A stretch of 63,130 nucleotides of DNA from an uncultured Clostridium sp. (GTDB lineage: Bacteria; Bacillota; Clostridia; TANB77; CAG-508), in assembly GCA_945949485.1 (NCBI GenBank), contig CAMFER010000001.1:68099-131228 (forward strand), given 5' to 3'. Within the stretch, counting starts at the first letter, position 1. Each line of letters starts with the position of its first letter. The position numbers were made by a program, and so were the translations under genes. Below, piece by piece: positions 30,384 to 42,000 of this stretch. The notes beneath the pieces are model-generated. The model was not told the DNA's origin. It worked only from the letters and a program-made list of their open reading frames with translations, and ran no database searches.

Positions 30384-30594
30384 ATTTCTCCTCCTTTTCT
30401 ATATTCTTACTCCTGCAAAAGTTCTACCATTTTGTCCTATTTTTTATTCTTCTAAAAGTCTATATATTCTAATATATGTATGTATTTTTAGAAATATTAC
30501 TCATTTTTCACAAATATTTCACATTATTATTGTATTAATAATACTAATATGTTATTATCAATATGTATATAATATTAAATAAGGAGGAATTATA

Positions 30595-31155
30595 ATGACA
30601 ATAGGATTAATTATATTGGCTATTATAGTCGTAATTGTTATTGCAATTATATCTATGTATAACAGTTTAGTAAAATCTCGTATAAAAGTAGATAATGCTT
30701 GGAGCCAAATTGACGTACAATTACAAAGAAGATTCGATTTAATACCTAACTTTGTAGAAACAGTAAAAGGATATATGACTCATGAAAAAGAAACTTTTGA
30801 AAAAATAACTTCTTTAAGATCTTCATGGTCTGACGCTAAAACAGTTAGTGAAAAAGCTTCTTTAGATAGCGAATTATCTAATACATTAAAAACAATTATG
30901 GCAGTTTCAGAAAACTATCCAGATTTAAAAGCAAATCAAAACTTTTCCGAATTATCAGAAGAATTGAGAAATACTGAAAACAAAATTTCTTTTTCTAGAC
31001 AATTCTATAATGATACAGTAACTATGTACAATACTAAATTAGAAGTATTTCCTTCTAATATTATTGCCGGAATGTTTAACTTTAAACCTCGTGATTTATT
31101 TGAAACTGAAAATGATGAAGCTAGAAAAAATGTAAAAGTAGATTTTTCTAAATAA
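30595..31155 (+). CDS. lemA: LemA family protein
   Basis: N-terminal TM segment followed by YNSLV..R..V.NAWSQIDVQLQRR.DLIPN, typical of LemA. Confidence 0.85.
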   Translation: MTIGLIILAIIVVIVIAIISMYNSLVKSRIKVDNAWSQIDVQLQRRFDLIPNFVETVKGYMTHEKETFEKITSLRSSWSDAKTVSEKASLDSELSNTLKTIMAVSENYPDLKANQNFSELSEELRNTENKISFSRQFYNDTVTMYNTKLEVFPSNIIAGMFNFKPRDLFETENDEARKNVKVDFSK

Positions 31156-31161
31156 TTTTTT

Positions 31162-31197
31162 AAAAGGGGTTGTACAAATATCAACCCCTTTTTATTT
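31162..31197 (+). terminator. hairpin terminator/attenuator between lemA and htpX
   Basis: AAAAGGGGTTG / CAACCCCTTTT stem followed by TATTT. Confidence 0.6.
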
Positions 31198-31215
31198 AAA
31201 GAAAGGATTTTTAAA

Positions 31216-32121
31216 ATGTTTGAAACCATAAGAAAGAATAAAATTGAATCTGGAGTTATTATTGCAATATTCATAATTGTCATAACTTTGATAGTGTACT
31301 ATATATGTAACGCCTTAGAATTAGGAGCTTTTTCAATTATATTTGCTTTAATTTTTTCAATTGCTTCTGCCTGGGGGTCATATTATTATAGTGACAAAAT
31401 TGTTTTGTCTTTAAATAGAGCTAGACCTGCAACTAAGGAAGAAAATCAAAAACTAGTAAATATATTTGATTCTTTAATGATACCTTCTGGACTAACAGTA
31501 AAACCTAAATTATATATTGTAGAAGATAATCAACCTAACGCCTTTGCAACAGGGAGAAATCCTGAAAATGCAGTTGTTTGCGTAACCACTGGACTTTTAG
31601 AAAAACTAGATTATTACGAACTAGAAGGTGTTTTAGCACATGAAATAGCACATATTAAAAACTATGATATTAGATTGAGTTGTGTAGTTTCTGTAATGGT
31701 TGGTTTTATTGTAATGCTTGCAGATTTATTTTCAAGATTAGTTTTTTGGGGTGGTCTAAAAGATAATGATAGTGATAATAATAATGGGAATGGAATATTA
31801 ATGTTAATTGGCTTAGTTTTCTTGATAATCTCGCCAATATTTGGTTCTCTTATGCAACTTGCACTGTCTAGAAGAAGAGAATTTTTAGCAGATAGTACTG
31901 CTGTTGAATTTACAAGAAATCCTGAAGGTTTAATATCTGCTCTTCAAAAGTTAGAAGATGATCCTAATCAATTAGAAACCGCAAACAGCGCAACAGCAAA
32001 TATGTATATTGTAAATCCGTTTAAGAAAAACACGAAAGAAGGAAAAAAGAAATCAACAAGTATATGGTCTACACATCCTAGTACAGCAGATAGAATAGAA
32101 GCATTAAGAAATTTAAAATAA
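31216..32121 (+). CDS. htpX: M48 family zinc metalloprotease HtpX-like
   Basis: HEIAHIKNYD HExxH motif, TM segments, and C-terminal STHPSTADRIEAL. Confidence 0.85.
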   Translation: MFETIRKNKIESGVIIAIFIIVITLIVYYICNALELGAFSIIFALIFSIASAWGSYYYSDKIVLSLNRARPATKEENQKLVNIFDSLMIPSGLTVKPKLYIVEDNQPNAFATGRNPENAVVCVTTGLLEKLDYYELEGVLAHEIAHIKNYDIRLSCVVSVMVGFIVMLADLFSRLVFWGGLKDNDSDNNNGNGILMLIGLVFLIISPIFGSLMQLALSRRREFLADSTAVEFTRNPEGLISALQKLEDDPNQLETANSATANMYIVNPFKKNTKEGKKKSTSIWSTHPSTADRIEALRNLK

Positions 32122-32176
32122 GAATAAAAATTAAAATTAGAAAATAAGAAATTAATAAGTAAAAATTTTAAAAAAT

Positions 32177-32209
32177 AAAAAGGACTTGCTATACAGTTAA
32201 GTCCTTTTT
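32177..32209. terminator. bidirectional terminator between htpX and tatD
   Basis: AAAAGGACTT / AAGTCCTTTT stem. Confidence 0.65.
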
Positions 32210-32228
32210 GAAACATTTGGTTCCGGGG

Positions 32229-33020
32229 TTAATATGTCTCAAATATTCTTTTGGCGTTATTATATGTAATATCTGCTACTTCTTCTAAAGTAATTCCTTT
32301 TACTTCACTAATCTTTCTAGCAATATATTTTACATTTCTTGGATCGTTTCTTTTGCCTCTTAATGGTTCTGGAGATAAATATGGACTGTCTGTCTCAATT
32401 AATATTCTATCATTTGGTACCATAGATATTATTTCATTTGCATTTTTTGAATTCTTAAATGTTACAGGTCCCGCAAATGATATATAAAATCCTAATTTAA
32501 GACCTTCTTTTACAAGTTCTCTATTCAAAGGGCAACAATGAAATACTCCTTTTTTATATACTTTATTTTTCTTTAATATATCTAGAGTATCCATTACCGC
32601 TTCCCTAGTATGAATTACTATTGGCAAATTAAATTCGTTTGCCAATTTTATTTGTTCTATAAATGCCTTTCTTTGAAGAATTCTTTTATCTTCATCTTTT
32701 TCCCAGTAATAGTCTAAACCAATTTCTCCAATAGCTACTATTTTTTTGTTTTCAATATTTTCCTTTACCAAATTCTTTATTTCTTTTAGCATTATCCACA
32801 ATTCTTCTTCAGTTTGTGGAATATCATTAGGCGATATCCCACAAGTTGCATAAATATATTCATATTTTTTAGAAAGTTCTACTGCTTTTTTCGAACCTTC
32901 TAAACTATATCCAGCAGAAACAAATCCTTCTATTTCCTCATGTATTTGTGATATTAATACTTCTCTGTCTTCATTAAATCTTTCATCATCTAAATGTGCA
33001 TGACTATCAAATAACTTCAT
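32229..33020 (-). CDS. TatD family metal-dependent hydrolase
   Basis: MKLFDSHAHLD..., GEIGLDY, and the ETDSPYL motif. Confidence 0.9.
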   Translation of the reverse strand: MKLFDSHAHLDDERFNEDREVLISQIHEEIEGFVSAGYSLEGSKKAVELSKKYEYIYATCGISPNDIPQTEEELWIMLKEIKNLVKENIENKKIVAIGEIGLDYYWEKDEDKRILQRKAFIEQIKLANEFNLPIVIHTREAVMDTLDILKKNKVYKKGVFHCCPLNRELVKEGLKLGFYISFAGPVTFKNSKNANEIISMVPNDRILIETDSPYLSPEPLRGKRNDPRNVKYIARKISEVKGITLEEVADITYNNAKRIFETY

Positions 33021-33051
33021 TTTATACTTTCTCCCTATTTATATTTACAAT

Positions 33052-33426
33052 CTATTTTGATATTACAGATACATTAGCAACTGCATATTGTTTGCAATGT
33101 GATAAACTTATATCTATACTTTCTACATCATTTAAATCTATTCCCAATATATTTAGACTTGGCCTTCCATCTTTATTGTTTATAACTTCAATATCTTTCC
33201 ATGTTACAGAATATTTATCTTTAAGTTTCCAAGAAAGAGCTTTAAAAGCAGCTTCCTTTGCTGCAAATCTAGCAGCATAATGTTGATATTTTTGCCCATT
33301 TTTTGATTCACAATATTTTATCTCATTTTCTGTATATATTCTTTCTAAAAATTTATCTTTTAATTGTTCAATACTTTCTTTTATTCTCTCAATTTCTATA
33401 ATATCTGTCCCACATGTAATTTTCAT
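33052..33426 (-). CDS. acpS: holo-[acyl-carrier-protein] synthase
   Basis: 124 aa. GTDIIEIERI...FAAKEAAFKAL is typical AcpS. Confidence 0.9.
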   Translation of the reverse strand: MKITCGTDIIEIERIKESIEQLKDKFLERIYTENEIKYCESKNGQKYQHYAARFAAKEAAFKALSWKLKDKYSVTWKDIEVINNKDGRPSLNILGIDLNDVESIDISLSHCKQYAVANVSVISK

Positions 33427-33475
33427 TGTATTTCTCCTTATACTAAAATTGGGATTAAAAGTATTCTCTTAATCC

Positions 33476-34711
33476 CTAATATCCTTTTTGAAGAGCTATA
33501 AAGTTTAATATGTTTAATATTAAAGATATTACTAAAATAACTCCCATAACTATAGTTAATGTTCTATCTTTTTCTATGTTCATTTCTTTGTATAGAACAT
33601 CATATTTATTTTTCACTTCACCAAAAATCTTTTCTAATTCAAATGTTTTTATAATTTTATGGTTTAAAAGTGTTCCTACTTCATCTTCTGTAACTTCTTG
33701 TATCCATAAATTTTTAGTAAATTCTATGAATTTTTTTCTTGCTTTTTTTACTGTTTTCTCAGATTTCAGCTCATGTTCTATTTTTTTCAAATATATTTTT
33801 TTGTATAGTCCTAAAATATATGTATATAAATATTGATTTTCATACTCATCCGGCAATATAGTGTAATTATTCATATCTGCACTTGATGCAAATAATACCA
33901 TCGCTTGTTTTGTGACTGCAATTTTTGCATATTTCCATTTTGTAAATACTTCTAGTCTTTCATCTTCATAGTTTCTGCTATTATCCGCTGGTAAGATATT
34001 TGCATATTTTATAAATTCATGTTTTATACTATCAAAACTATTTGTATTATTCCATGCTTCTTGATCAACACATACATATGAATATGTAAAGAATCTTTCA
34101 GTATTTATATCTAATTTTGAAGCTTCGATATTAGAGCCTGTAATTGAAGATATAAATTCACTTATCTGTTTAGTATCAGAAAACATATCTGTTTGCAATG
34201 TTATATTATCATATCCATCTAGAGATACTCCAGCTTGATTAATATCTCTAAACTTATAATTAAAATTCAAAATATTTGTAAAACTTGTTTCATCTTCTAA
34301 ATTTGTTTTCATAACTAAAAAACAAATTCCAGTATCAAAACAAATAATTTCTAATTTTCTAATTGAGAAAAATATTCCTTTTTTTTCACCAGTTTTTCCT
34401 TGAATATCCTTCTTTAAAGTATATTCAAATATATTGCAATGATATTTACTAAGAATTGCTGCTCTTGTTTCTATTGGTAATTCTTCTAACTTCTTTACTT
34501 TATTATTTCCTAATGTAAAACTTGAAAACAAGAATTCTCTAGTCTTAGGTAAAAAATATTTATACATTCTTATATCTTTTTCTTTTTGAAATATTTTTAG
34601 ATTACATCTTTTATCCTTTAATAATTTCAATATATAATTTTGATATTTTCCTTCTTTTATCACAAACGGATATATAAAATATGTATATTGATAATTTGTC
34701 TTTAGTTCCAT
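33476..34711 (-). CDS. hypothetical protein with single C-terminal TM helix
   Basis: About 411 aa with no recognised motif. The ATG at 34711 is preceded by AAAGGTGG, which overlaps the stop of the upstream WG-repeat gene. C-terminal LTIVMGVILVISLILNILNFIAL. Confidence 0.5.
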   Translation of the reverse strand: MELKTNYQYTYFIYPFVIKEGKYQNYILKLLKDKRCNLKIFQKEKDIRMYKYFLPKTREFLFSSFTLGNNKVKKLEELPIETRAAILSKYHCNIFEYTLKKDIQGKTGEKKGIFFSIRKLEIICFDTGICFLVMKTNLEDETSFTNILNFNYKFRDINQAGVSLDGYDNITLQTDMFSDTKQISEFISSITGSNIEASKLDINTERFFTYSYVCVDQEAWNNTNSFDSIKHEFIKYANILPADNSRNYEDERLEVFTKWKYAKIAVTKQAMVLFASSADMNNYTILPDEYENQYLYTYILGLYKKIYLKKIEHELKSEKTVKKARKKFIEFTKNLWIQEVTEDEVGTLLNHKIIKTFELEKIFGEVKNKYDVLYKEMNIEKDRTLTIVMGVILVISLILNILNFIALQKGY

Positions 34712-34723
34712 ATTTACCACCTT

Positions 34724-36250
34724 TTATATTTGATTATAATAATTCATATTTATGTCCTTTCCATAATGCCATCTACCTATAAAATCTATTTTTAGATAAT
34801 CTTCTAAATCATATATTGGTTCTTGTATTATATTTCCTTTGCTATCTATACTTCCCCATTTTCCGTCTTTTTTTATTCCACAATATCCATAATCATTTTG
34901 TTCTGTTGCATCATCATAAATATAATCTACAATTACATTTCCATCTTTATCTACGAATCCATATTTTCCATCTTTCTTATCCACAAACAATGTTCTTGAT
35001 GTAAATATTTCAGATGCTTTTTTATTTGATAATTTCAAATCAAAATAATTGTAATCATCACCTTGTCTTAACTCAATATATCCTTTATCTGTATTTAAAT
35101 CTATTAGTATTCCTGATTGTTTTACTTCAAATGTATTATCTAAAATATCATTTGTAAAATCTTCTTTTTCTGCAACATATAAATCTGATTTTTCATTATA
35201 TGATATAGAATTATATATAAATCCAACTTTTTCATTTTTCTCTAAATCAATTATTCCATATTTATCATTTTTCTTAGCTATTAATATTCCTGATTTTGAT
35301 TCTTTTAATTCATCATATTCTGCGTTAATTACAATTTCTCCTGTTTGTTTCATAACACCATATTTGTTATCTTTTACAAATATTATCCCAGAATCAGAAT
35401 TTTTTAATATTCCTTCTATTTTGTCATATCCTGAACTTAAAACTTCTGTCCCATCTTTTTTTATTAAAATTTCTTTTCCATCCTTTTTTACCACATATAA
35501 ATCATTATTATATATATTTTTTATTTCATCATAATTTGTATCTAATATTTTGTTATTTAAAAAGTCAACTAGCCCACATTTACCTTCGCTATTTTTTACT
35601 ATAATTCCTGTTTTTCCATTATTATTAAAAATTTCAACATCAGCATATTCTGGCTTTACAACTTCTTTTCCTTCTGTATCTAATATCCCGTATTTTCCAT
35701 CTTTTAATATTTTTAAAACATTATTATTAGTAGTATCTCCTAATCCTGTAATTTCTTCATATTGGCAACTTATAAGTTCTTTTCCATCCAGTGATATTAA
35801 TCCATATTTCCCATCTTTTGATACTTTTAATGCATTACTTACATACCATACATTATTATTTTCATCTATATTTTGTATTGGTTCAACTTTATCATAACCT
35901 GTTAATATCTCTTCATTTTTGCTATTTAAAGCCTTTGTCTTATATTCTCCTGTTTCATAATTAACATCATATGTACATAAGAAAACATCATTTTTACTAT
36001 TAGGAACTACTATCATCTCTGCATATGAAGGATCAATTACAACTGTACCCGTAGAATCTATAACTCCCCACTTGTTATCTTTATATGCTGCAAAATAATC
36101 TTTGCTTACTATTTTTTCTTGTTCATCATTTTTAGTTAATAATCCTTTCACTATAAAGATGCACATGATAAATACAATTATTGCTATAATAACTGCAAAA
36201 ACTTTTTTCATATTTAATTTTGGTTCCTCATATCTTCTTCCTCTGCTCAC
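34724..36250 (-). CDS. WG-repeat (KWG-type) protein with N-terminal membrane anchor
   Basis: Repeated DGKYG(L/I)(I/L)D..GKE(L/V)(I/V)...YE units. N-terminal TM segment. GTG start preceded by GGAGG. Confidence 0.7.
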   Translation of the reverse strand: MSRGRRYEEPKLNMKKVFAVIIAIIVFIMCIFIVKGLLTKNDEQEKIVSKDYFAAYKDNKWGVIDSTGTVVIDPSYAEMIVVPNSKNDVFLCTYDVNYETGEYKTKALNSKNEEILTGYDKVEPIQNIDENNNVWYVSNALKVSKDGKYGLISLDGKELISCQYEEITGLGDTTNNNVLKILKDGKYGILDTEGKEVVKPEYADVEIFNNNGKTGIIVKNSEGKCGLVDFLNNKILDTNYDEIKNIYNNDLYVVKKDGKEILIKKDGTEVLSSGYDKIEGILKNSDSGIIFVKDNKYGVMKQTGEIVINAEYDELKESKSGILIAKKNDKYGIIDLEKNEKVGFIYNSISYNEKSDLYVAEKEDFTNDILDNTFEVKQSGILIDLNTDKGYIELRQGDDYNYFDLKLSNKKASEIFTSRTLFVDKKDGKYGFVDKDGNVIVDYIYDDATEQNDYGYCGIKKDGKWGSIDSKGNIIQEPIYDLEDYLKIDFIGRWHYGKDINMNYYNQI

Positions 36251-36372
36251 TAATTTTTCCTCCTTTTTATACCTTTACAATATATCATAAATGTACCTTT
36301 GTTGCAATAGTAGAAAATAGAAAAATTAGGCATTTTTTTGAACTTTAACCGTTCTCCAAAAATGCCATTTTT

Positions 36373-38808
36373 CTATTTTTTAACAAATTTACAAACCATT
36401 ACACTCATATCATCTTTTGCCATTCCAAAGCTGTTATCAATAGCTTCATTCAAAACTAAATCTGCTATTTTTTGAGTATTTATTGTTTCTATATCTTCTA
36501 ACATATATTTAATCCATAATTCTTTGTTTTTATATTCTACATTTGAATCTAGGATTCCATCAGAGCACATTAGCATAATGTCTCCTGTTACTATATCTCT
36601 ATCAAAAACTTGTATTTTTGTATCTTCTACTATTCCAGTAGGTAACGAACTTGATTTTATCATTTGCACTCTTTTTTTATTCTTTATATATGTTGGACAA
36701 GCTCCACTTTTAATATATTCTATCTTTCCTTTATATAAGTCAATTATCGCAATATCCAAAGTAGCAAATATCTCTTCTTGTTGGTTTATTAATGCATTAT
36801 TTATTAAATCAAGTGATACATTTTTGTCAAATCCTGATTGTAATAAATTTTCTAATAATCTTAGAGCTTTTGTACTGCTATTTTTAGCTTTATTTCCGCT
36901 TCCCATACCGTCGCTTATTGCTACCAAATATTTACCATCTTTTAGTCTAATATTTAACATTGTATCTCCGGATGCCTCACTTTTAGACTTTGTAGCAACA
37001 GAGGTTCCAAGTGACATTTTATATATATCGTCTGACATATAGTTTAACTTTTTGCCAATAGTAGCTTCAGTATTTAACACTATTTTTTCTTTTAAAATAT
37101 CTGTTAATACTTTTTCTATTACATCTAATTTTTCTGTTTCTAATGTATCTTTTAGATATATATCAACAATAAATCTTTCGTTTTTATTTATTACTATGTC
37201 TTCAACTTCTATATCTTTTTGTTTTAATATTTCTAATATATTTTTTCTTTCTTCTATATATTTTTCTTCAACTTTAATGTCATTTTCTATTCCTTTTGCC
37301 ATATCTTTTATAGCTTTTGACACATCTTTTAACTGCTTTCCAGCATTTTTATTATTTTCTTCAACTTTTTTTTGCCATATAAAATCAGATTTACTAACTT
37401 TATATGAAACATTTATTATTCTTAATATTTGAGAAATATTATCCTCTAACTTCTTACTTATATCTTTATCTTCAAAACCTATTATATAACTATTACAATT
37501 CGCAAATATTTGTAATAAGTCTTCCCTTGATATCTCTTGCTTATCTAATAACATTTTGAAGATTTCTTCAATTATCCTTCCATTTACATCTGCTATATCA
37601 TCATAAAGCATATTTTCTTTATATGGTTCTAAATTATTAAGTAATTCTGTTATAAAAACTTGTCTATTTGTACATATATCTGCATTTTCTTCTGAATTTT
37701 TTTGATTTACACTTCTATATGTGCTAGCCATTTCTTCTATTGCTTCTGAGACATTATTAAGATCTTCCACTACTTGTTTGCTATTATTCAAAGCTCTACT
37801 TGGAATGTCTGGTAAAAATTTTGAATTTCCTATAAACTCTTCTAAATTAATAGAAAAACTTTTAGGTATTGCTAATAATCCAATTGAAGCTATTAATATT
37901 TCTTTAAAATGTATTAATTCAACAGTGTATCCATTTGCAACATATGCTAATACTATGTTTCCTAAAACAAACCCTATAATTACTCCTATTTTACCGAATC
38001 TACTAAGTAATCCTGCTATCATTCCAGATATAGCGTATGCTGCTATCATTATTGGCTCTGTTCCAAGTATAGTACCTAATGTTACACCTATTGTAACTCC
38101 TGATGTTGTTCCAACCAATATACCATTTTTCCATCCTAAAACCATTACAATTAATATACTAAGTACATTAGTTAAATTGATTCCAAATATATCTATTTTT
38201 CCAAAAGCTCCTACGGCTATTGAAAGTAAAAGACTTGCACCTACAACTTCTTCTATTGAAAAAGCTCTTTTTTTATAAAAATCTTGTAATACTACAATAG
38301 AATTAACAAATATCTTATAAAATACTAAAGCAATTATTGATATTGTTATTCCTAACAAGAAATCATATACTGTAAAACCAGATGTCATAACATTTGTTAA
38401 CTGAACTACTAAAGTTGCTATAAATATATTTTTCCCTATTTTTATTTTTTCGTTTCTTTCTTGTTCATTATATCTTGGTTTAAAAATAAAAAGAGAAATA
38501 ATCAATGCTATAGCAGTAAAAAAATAACCTACTGCACCTTCTAATCCAAATCTGACCAAATTTCCTATAAGTGAAACAATTATTATCCCTAAAGCTGGAA
38601 TTGAAGATGCAAAACAAGCACCTAATATACTTATACTGAAAATGGAAAATTCTCCTCCCAATCCAACTAGAGACACCATTAAAGAAACAATATATAACAA
38701 AATATTGTTTTTAGTAAATACATTTGAAAAAATATTTATATTCCCCTTATTATTTCTTTTTTCTCTATCTTTAAAATCTATCGTATCTTCATTTATATTT
38801 TGAAACAT
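36373..38808 (-). CDS. spoIIE: stage II sporulation protein E (PP2C phosphatase)
   Basis: About 10 N-terminal TM segments and a C-terminal PP2C domain (AISDGMGSG ... LMCSDGI ... DDMSVMV). ATG at 38808 follows GAGGTGG. Confidence 0.9.
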   Translation of the reverse strand: MFQNINEDTIDFKDREKRNNKGNINIFSNVFTKNNILLYIVSLMVSLVGLGGEFSIFSISILGACFASSIPALGIIIVSLIGNLVRFGLEGAVGYFFTAIALIISLFIFKPRYNEQERNEKIKIGKNIFIATLVVQLTNVMTSGFTVYDFLLGITISIIALVFYKIFVNSIVVLQDFYKKRAFSIEEVVGASLLLSIAVGAFGKIDIFGINLTNVLSILIVMVLGWKNGILVGTTSGVTIGVTLGTILGTEPIMIAAYAISGMIAGLLSRFGKIGVIIGFVLGNIVLAYVANGYTVELIHFKEILIASIGLLAIPKSFSINLEEFIGNSKFLPDIPSRALNNSKQVVEDLNNVSEAIEEMASTYRSVNQKNSEENADICTNRQVFITELLNNLEPYKENMLYDDIADVNGRIIEEIFKMLLDKQEISREDLLQIFANCNSYIIGFEDKDISKKLEDNISQILRIINVSYKVSKSDFIWQKKVEENNKNAGKQLKDVSKAIKDMAKGIENDIKVEEKYIEERKNILEILKQKDIEVEDIVINKNERFIVDIYLKDTLETEKLDVIEKVLTDILKEKIVLNTEATIGKKLNYMSDDIYKMSLGTSVATKSKSEASGDTMLNIRLKDGKYLVAISDGMGSGNKAKNSSTKALRLLENLLQSGFDKNVSLDLINNALINQQEEIFATLDIAIIDLYKGKIEYIKSGACPTYIKNKKRVQMIKSSSLPTGIVEDTKIQVFDRDIVTGDIMLMCSDGILDSNVEYKNKELWIKYMLEDIETINTQKIADLVLNEAIDNSFGMAKDDMSVMVCKFVKK

Positions 38809-39004
38809 CCTTACCACCTCATATATTTTTTATAGGCTTATTCTACTACTTGTCCTTCGTGGTTTTTGTCTTTTTTAGGTATCTATTCTAAAAAAGTTTT
38901 TTACATTTTTTTATTTATTTTAATAAAATCTCTTATTTTATTCTAATTTTCCTGTCCTTATTTTATTACACAATAGGGAAAAAAGCAATATATATGCGAA
39001 AAAA

Positions 39005-39048
39005 ATAGAGAATGATATATACCTTTATATATATATATCATTCTCTTT
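39005..39048 (-). terminator. rho-independent terminator after the surface-protein operon
   Basis: AGAGAATGATATATA / TATATATCATTCTCT stem followed by ATTTTTTT on the minus strand. Confidence 0.7.
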
Positions 39049-39061
39049 ATTTCTTACGGAT

Positions 39062-42000
39062 CTATTTATTTAAAGTTTTTCTTTTAATTAGATAAATTCC
39101 TACTCCTAAAATCACTAATGCTCCTATTCCTATTGCAATTGGTATTATGAAATTATAGTTTGCACCTGTACTTGGAGTTACTATTACAATCTCTGCTGTA
39201 CTATCATCTGTTTCTGTTTTTCCTGTTCCTGGTACATAATTACCTGGAGTTGTTGTTAAATCAGATCCTCCTGTTTTATTGATTTCTACTATTTCTGTTT
39301 CATTTCCTAATTCTATATCTTCTGATGTAGATAATATCTTTGAAACATTCAATGTAACTTCTGCTGATTTGGTTGGCTCTAATTTTTGTCCTTTTAATTT
39401 TTCAGTATATAGTATTGTTGTATTCTTTAGATTTGATTCTTCACTGTTATATACAACTTCTGCAACTAATGATTTCACTTCTTCTACTGTTACAACTTTC
39501 CAATCTTGGTTCTTATCTTGATCAAATCCCCAATCACTATCTAAGTAATCTATTACACCTGTTGGCTCTATTGTAACTACATCGTCTTCTATAATTCCAT
39601 ACTTATAGAAGTTTTCTGATAAGTAATCAAGTTCACTTATATTTGTTGCTTTAATTATATATCCTACTTCTACAGTAGCACCTTGAATCAACTCATTGTC
39701 TAATTCTACTCTTACAAATCCATTTGCTGGTTCTAAATTTGATGATGGTCCCATATATGTTACATAGCTCTTTTGACCTGTAAGTTTTCTGTTACCATTT
39801 TCATCTTCTTCTATCTTAGTATCAACAATTACTTGACCATTTGCTAATGTAACTTTAAATGTTCCTACACGTTTTGATAAATCCATTGCTTGTCTTGCTC
39901 TTTCTACAATACCAAAATCAACATTTCTAATTCTGTAAGTATATCTATCTCCACTTGATGCTGTATATGTAGTTTCATATTCTACTCCAATTCCCATTGT
40001 TGGTGTTGTAGAATTCATTTTATCTATAGTCGTTACTGTATTGTATTTAATGTTTTGCAATTCTTTATCAATATCTAATCTTGTTTGATAGTCATCTAAT
40101 GCATCTGTTTTTCTTGTATCTACATTTTGTTTATACCATTCTTTATTATTTTGATCTCTTGAGCTATCATATACTGTTCCTTTGTAATTTTGTACTGTAT
40201 ATGTTTTATCTCCCCAAGTATATGTTAATGTATAGTCACCTGGTATATATCCTGAAATATAGAAATCTCCATTTGCATCTGTTTCAGTTTCATAAACTTT
40301 TCCGCTTCCTGTATTTTCAGTTAATGTAACTTTAACACCTTGTATTCCAGTTTCTCCTTCTTCATAAGCTCCACTACCTTGTCTAACTTTACCTGTCATT
40401 AACTCTCCAGTAGTTGAATCTAAGAATACTTTACCTGTTAATTCTCTTGCATCTGCCACTTCTAATTTTAGTGCAGGGCTAGAATCTGTATCATCTTGGT
40501 ATGTTGTAGTATCTCCTGGTATAGCATTTGCTGGATTTGAATTCATATCAATACCTGCATATACTTTACCATTTTGATCAAATACAGAATATGAATTTAT
40601 TTCAGCAACATTATCTAAATTTTCACCATCATTTAAAATGTTTATTACGGCTTCTCTGTTTAATTCAAACTGTACATAAATATCTTCTTGACTTTGAGCA
40701 TTTAATCTTGAATTATTATTAATTGTTATTTTTGAGTATTCTGAATTATATGCTCCATTATTTTCATATTGAATATTATTTGCTACATTTCCTACATCAT
40801 CTAAGCCTTTTCCTACTGCAACTACAGAATATCTACTATCGTAATAGTCTACTATATTTTTTACTTCTGTTACTAAAGTTGTAGATCTGTTTTTTACAGA
40901 TAATCTATATGTAATATATACTTTTAATTCTTTGCTCTTATCATTTTCATTTATATATTCATAATCTGCTTTGTAAATTGCTCTTGTGTATGACATATTA
41001 CCATATTTGTTTCCAAATTTAACACCTACATTAAATCCATCACCATATTCTCCTTGGTTTAAGAACCTTTGTGAATATACATATGTGTGATTATATCCAT
41101 TAACAGCAACTCTTACATTTTCAATGTCTTTCATTAACGCTATATTTGGTTGTTCTCTTTCATACAATCCTAAATTTATGTATTTTATTTCCTCTTGTCC
41201 GTATGTAAAATGATCTTTTATGTAATATCCAGTTTCATTAGTATTTGCTGTTATTGTATATTGTCCATTATTTATTAGAGTTGATGTATGTGCATTTTTA
41301 TCTATATTGTATGCCAAATTATGCTTTTCATTTCCGTTAACATCTCTAGTAAATCCTGTATCAAAAGTTCTTCCTTCGACTACACTAAAGTTTTTATTAA
41401 ACTCATCTCTTACATTTTCATTTTCAGCTGATTTTGAACCGTTATCTTTGTCAATATGTGGTATTACATTTGAGTATGTTAGTCCATCATATTCGAATTC
41501 TACATAATAATCATCTAGTTTTCCTAATAATACATTGTCAAACTCGTAAGCACCACCATTAGCTGTTTTTGTTTCTCTTTCTGTGTTTCCATTTGTTTTA
41601 TCTTTAAGTCTTACTGTTATACCGTCTAATAAAATATCATTTGAATCATAATCTTTATCTTTATATAATCCATTTAATGTTGATTGTTTTCCTGATATTT
41701 TATCTACCCAAACATAACCTGATAATTTTACAGATAATTGTATGTCGTTCAATTCTAGATTTAATTGTTTCTTTGATGTAAATGGTTCACTAATCATTAA
41801 GTTTTGTGAATATCCCCCTTCTAGGAACCACATATTTACACCTTTTACATCCGCTTCAGCTTCTGCCTTTATACTTTTTATTTTAGTGATTTTATCCTCT
41901 AATGGTACAGATATATAGAAATCCTTGTTTGATTGTATTCCATCTGCTCCGTACCAATATTCTGTATTTCCACTAAAGCTGCTATATAATACTTCATCAA

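Noticed and set aside
30320-30594. Possible c-di-AMP (ydaO-type) riboswitch upstream of the YabE/3D-domain gene, since such genes are often riboswitch-controlled.
   Set aside because: A perfect TTGACA-17-TATAAT promoter lies only about 35 nt from the start codon, leaving no room for a riboswitch. The upstream sequence is AT-rich with no recognisable conserved core. A 17-codon mini-ORF (TTG after AGGAGG, about 30335-30390) overlaps the promoter and was judged coincidental.
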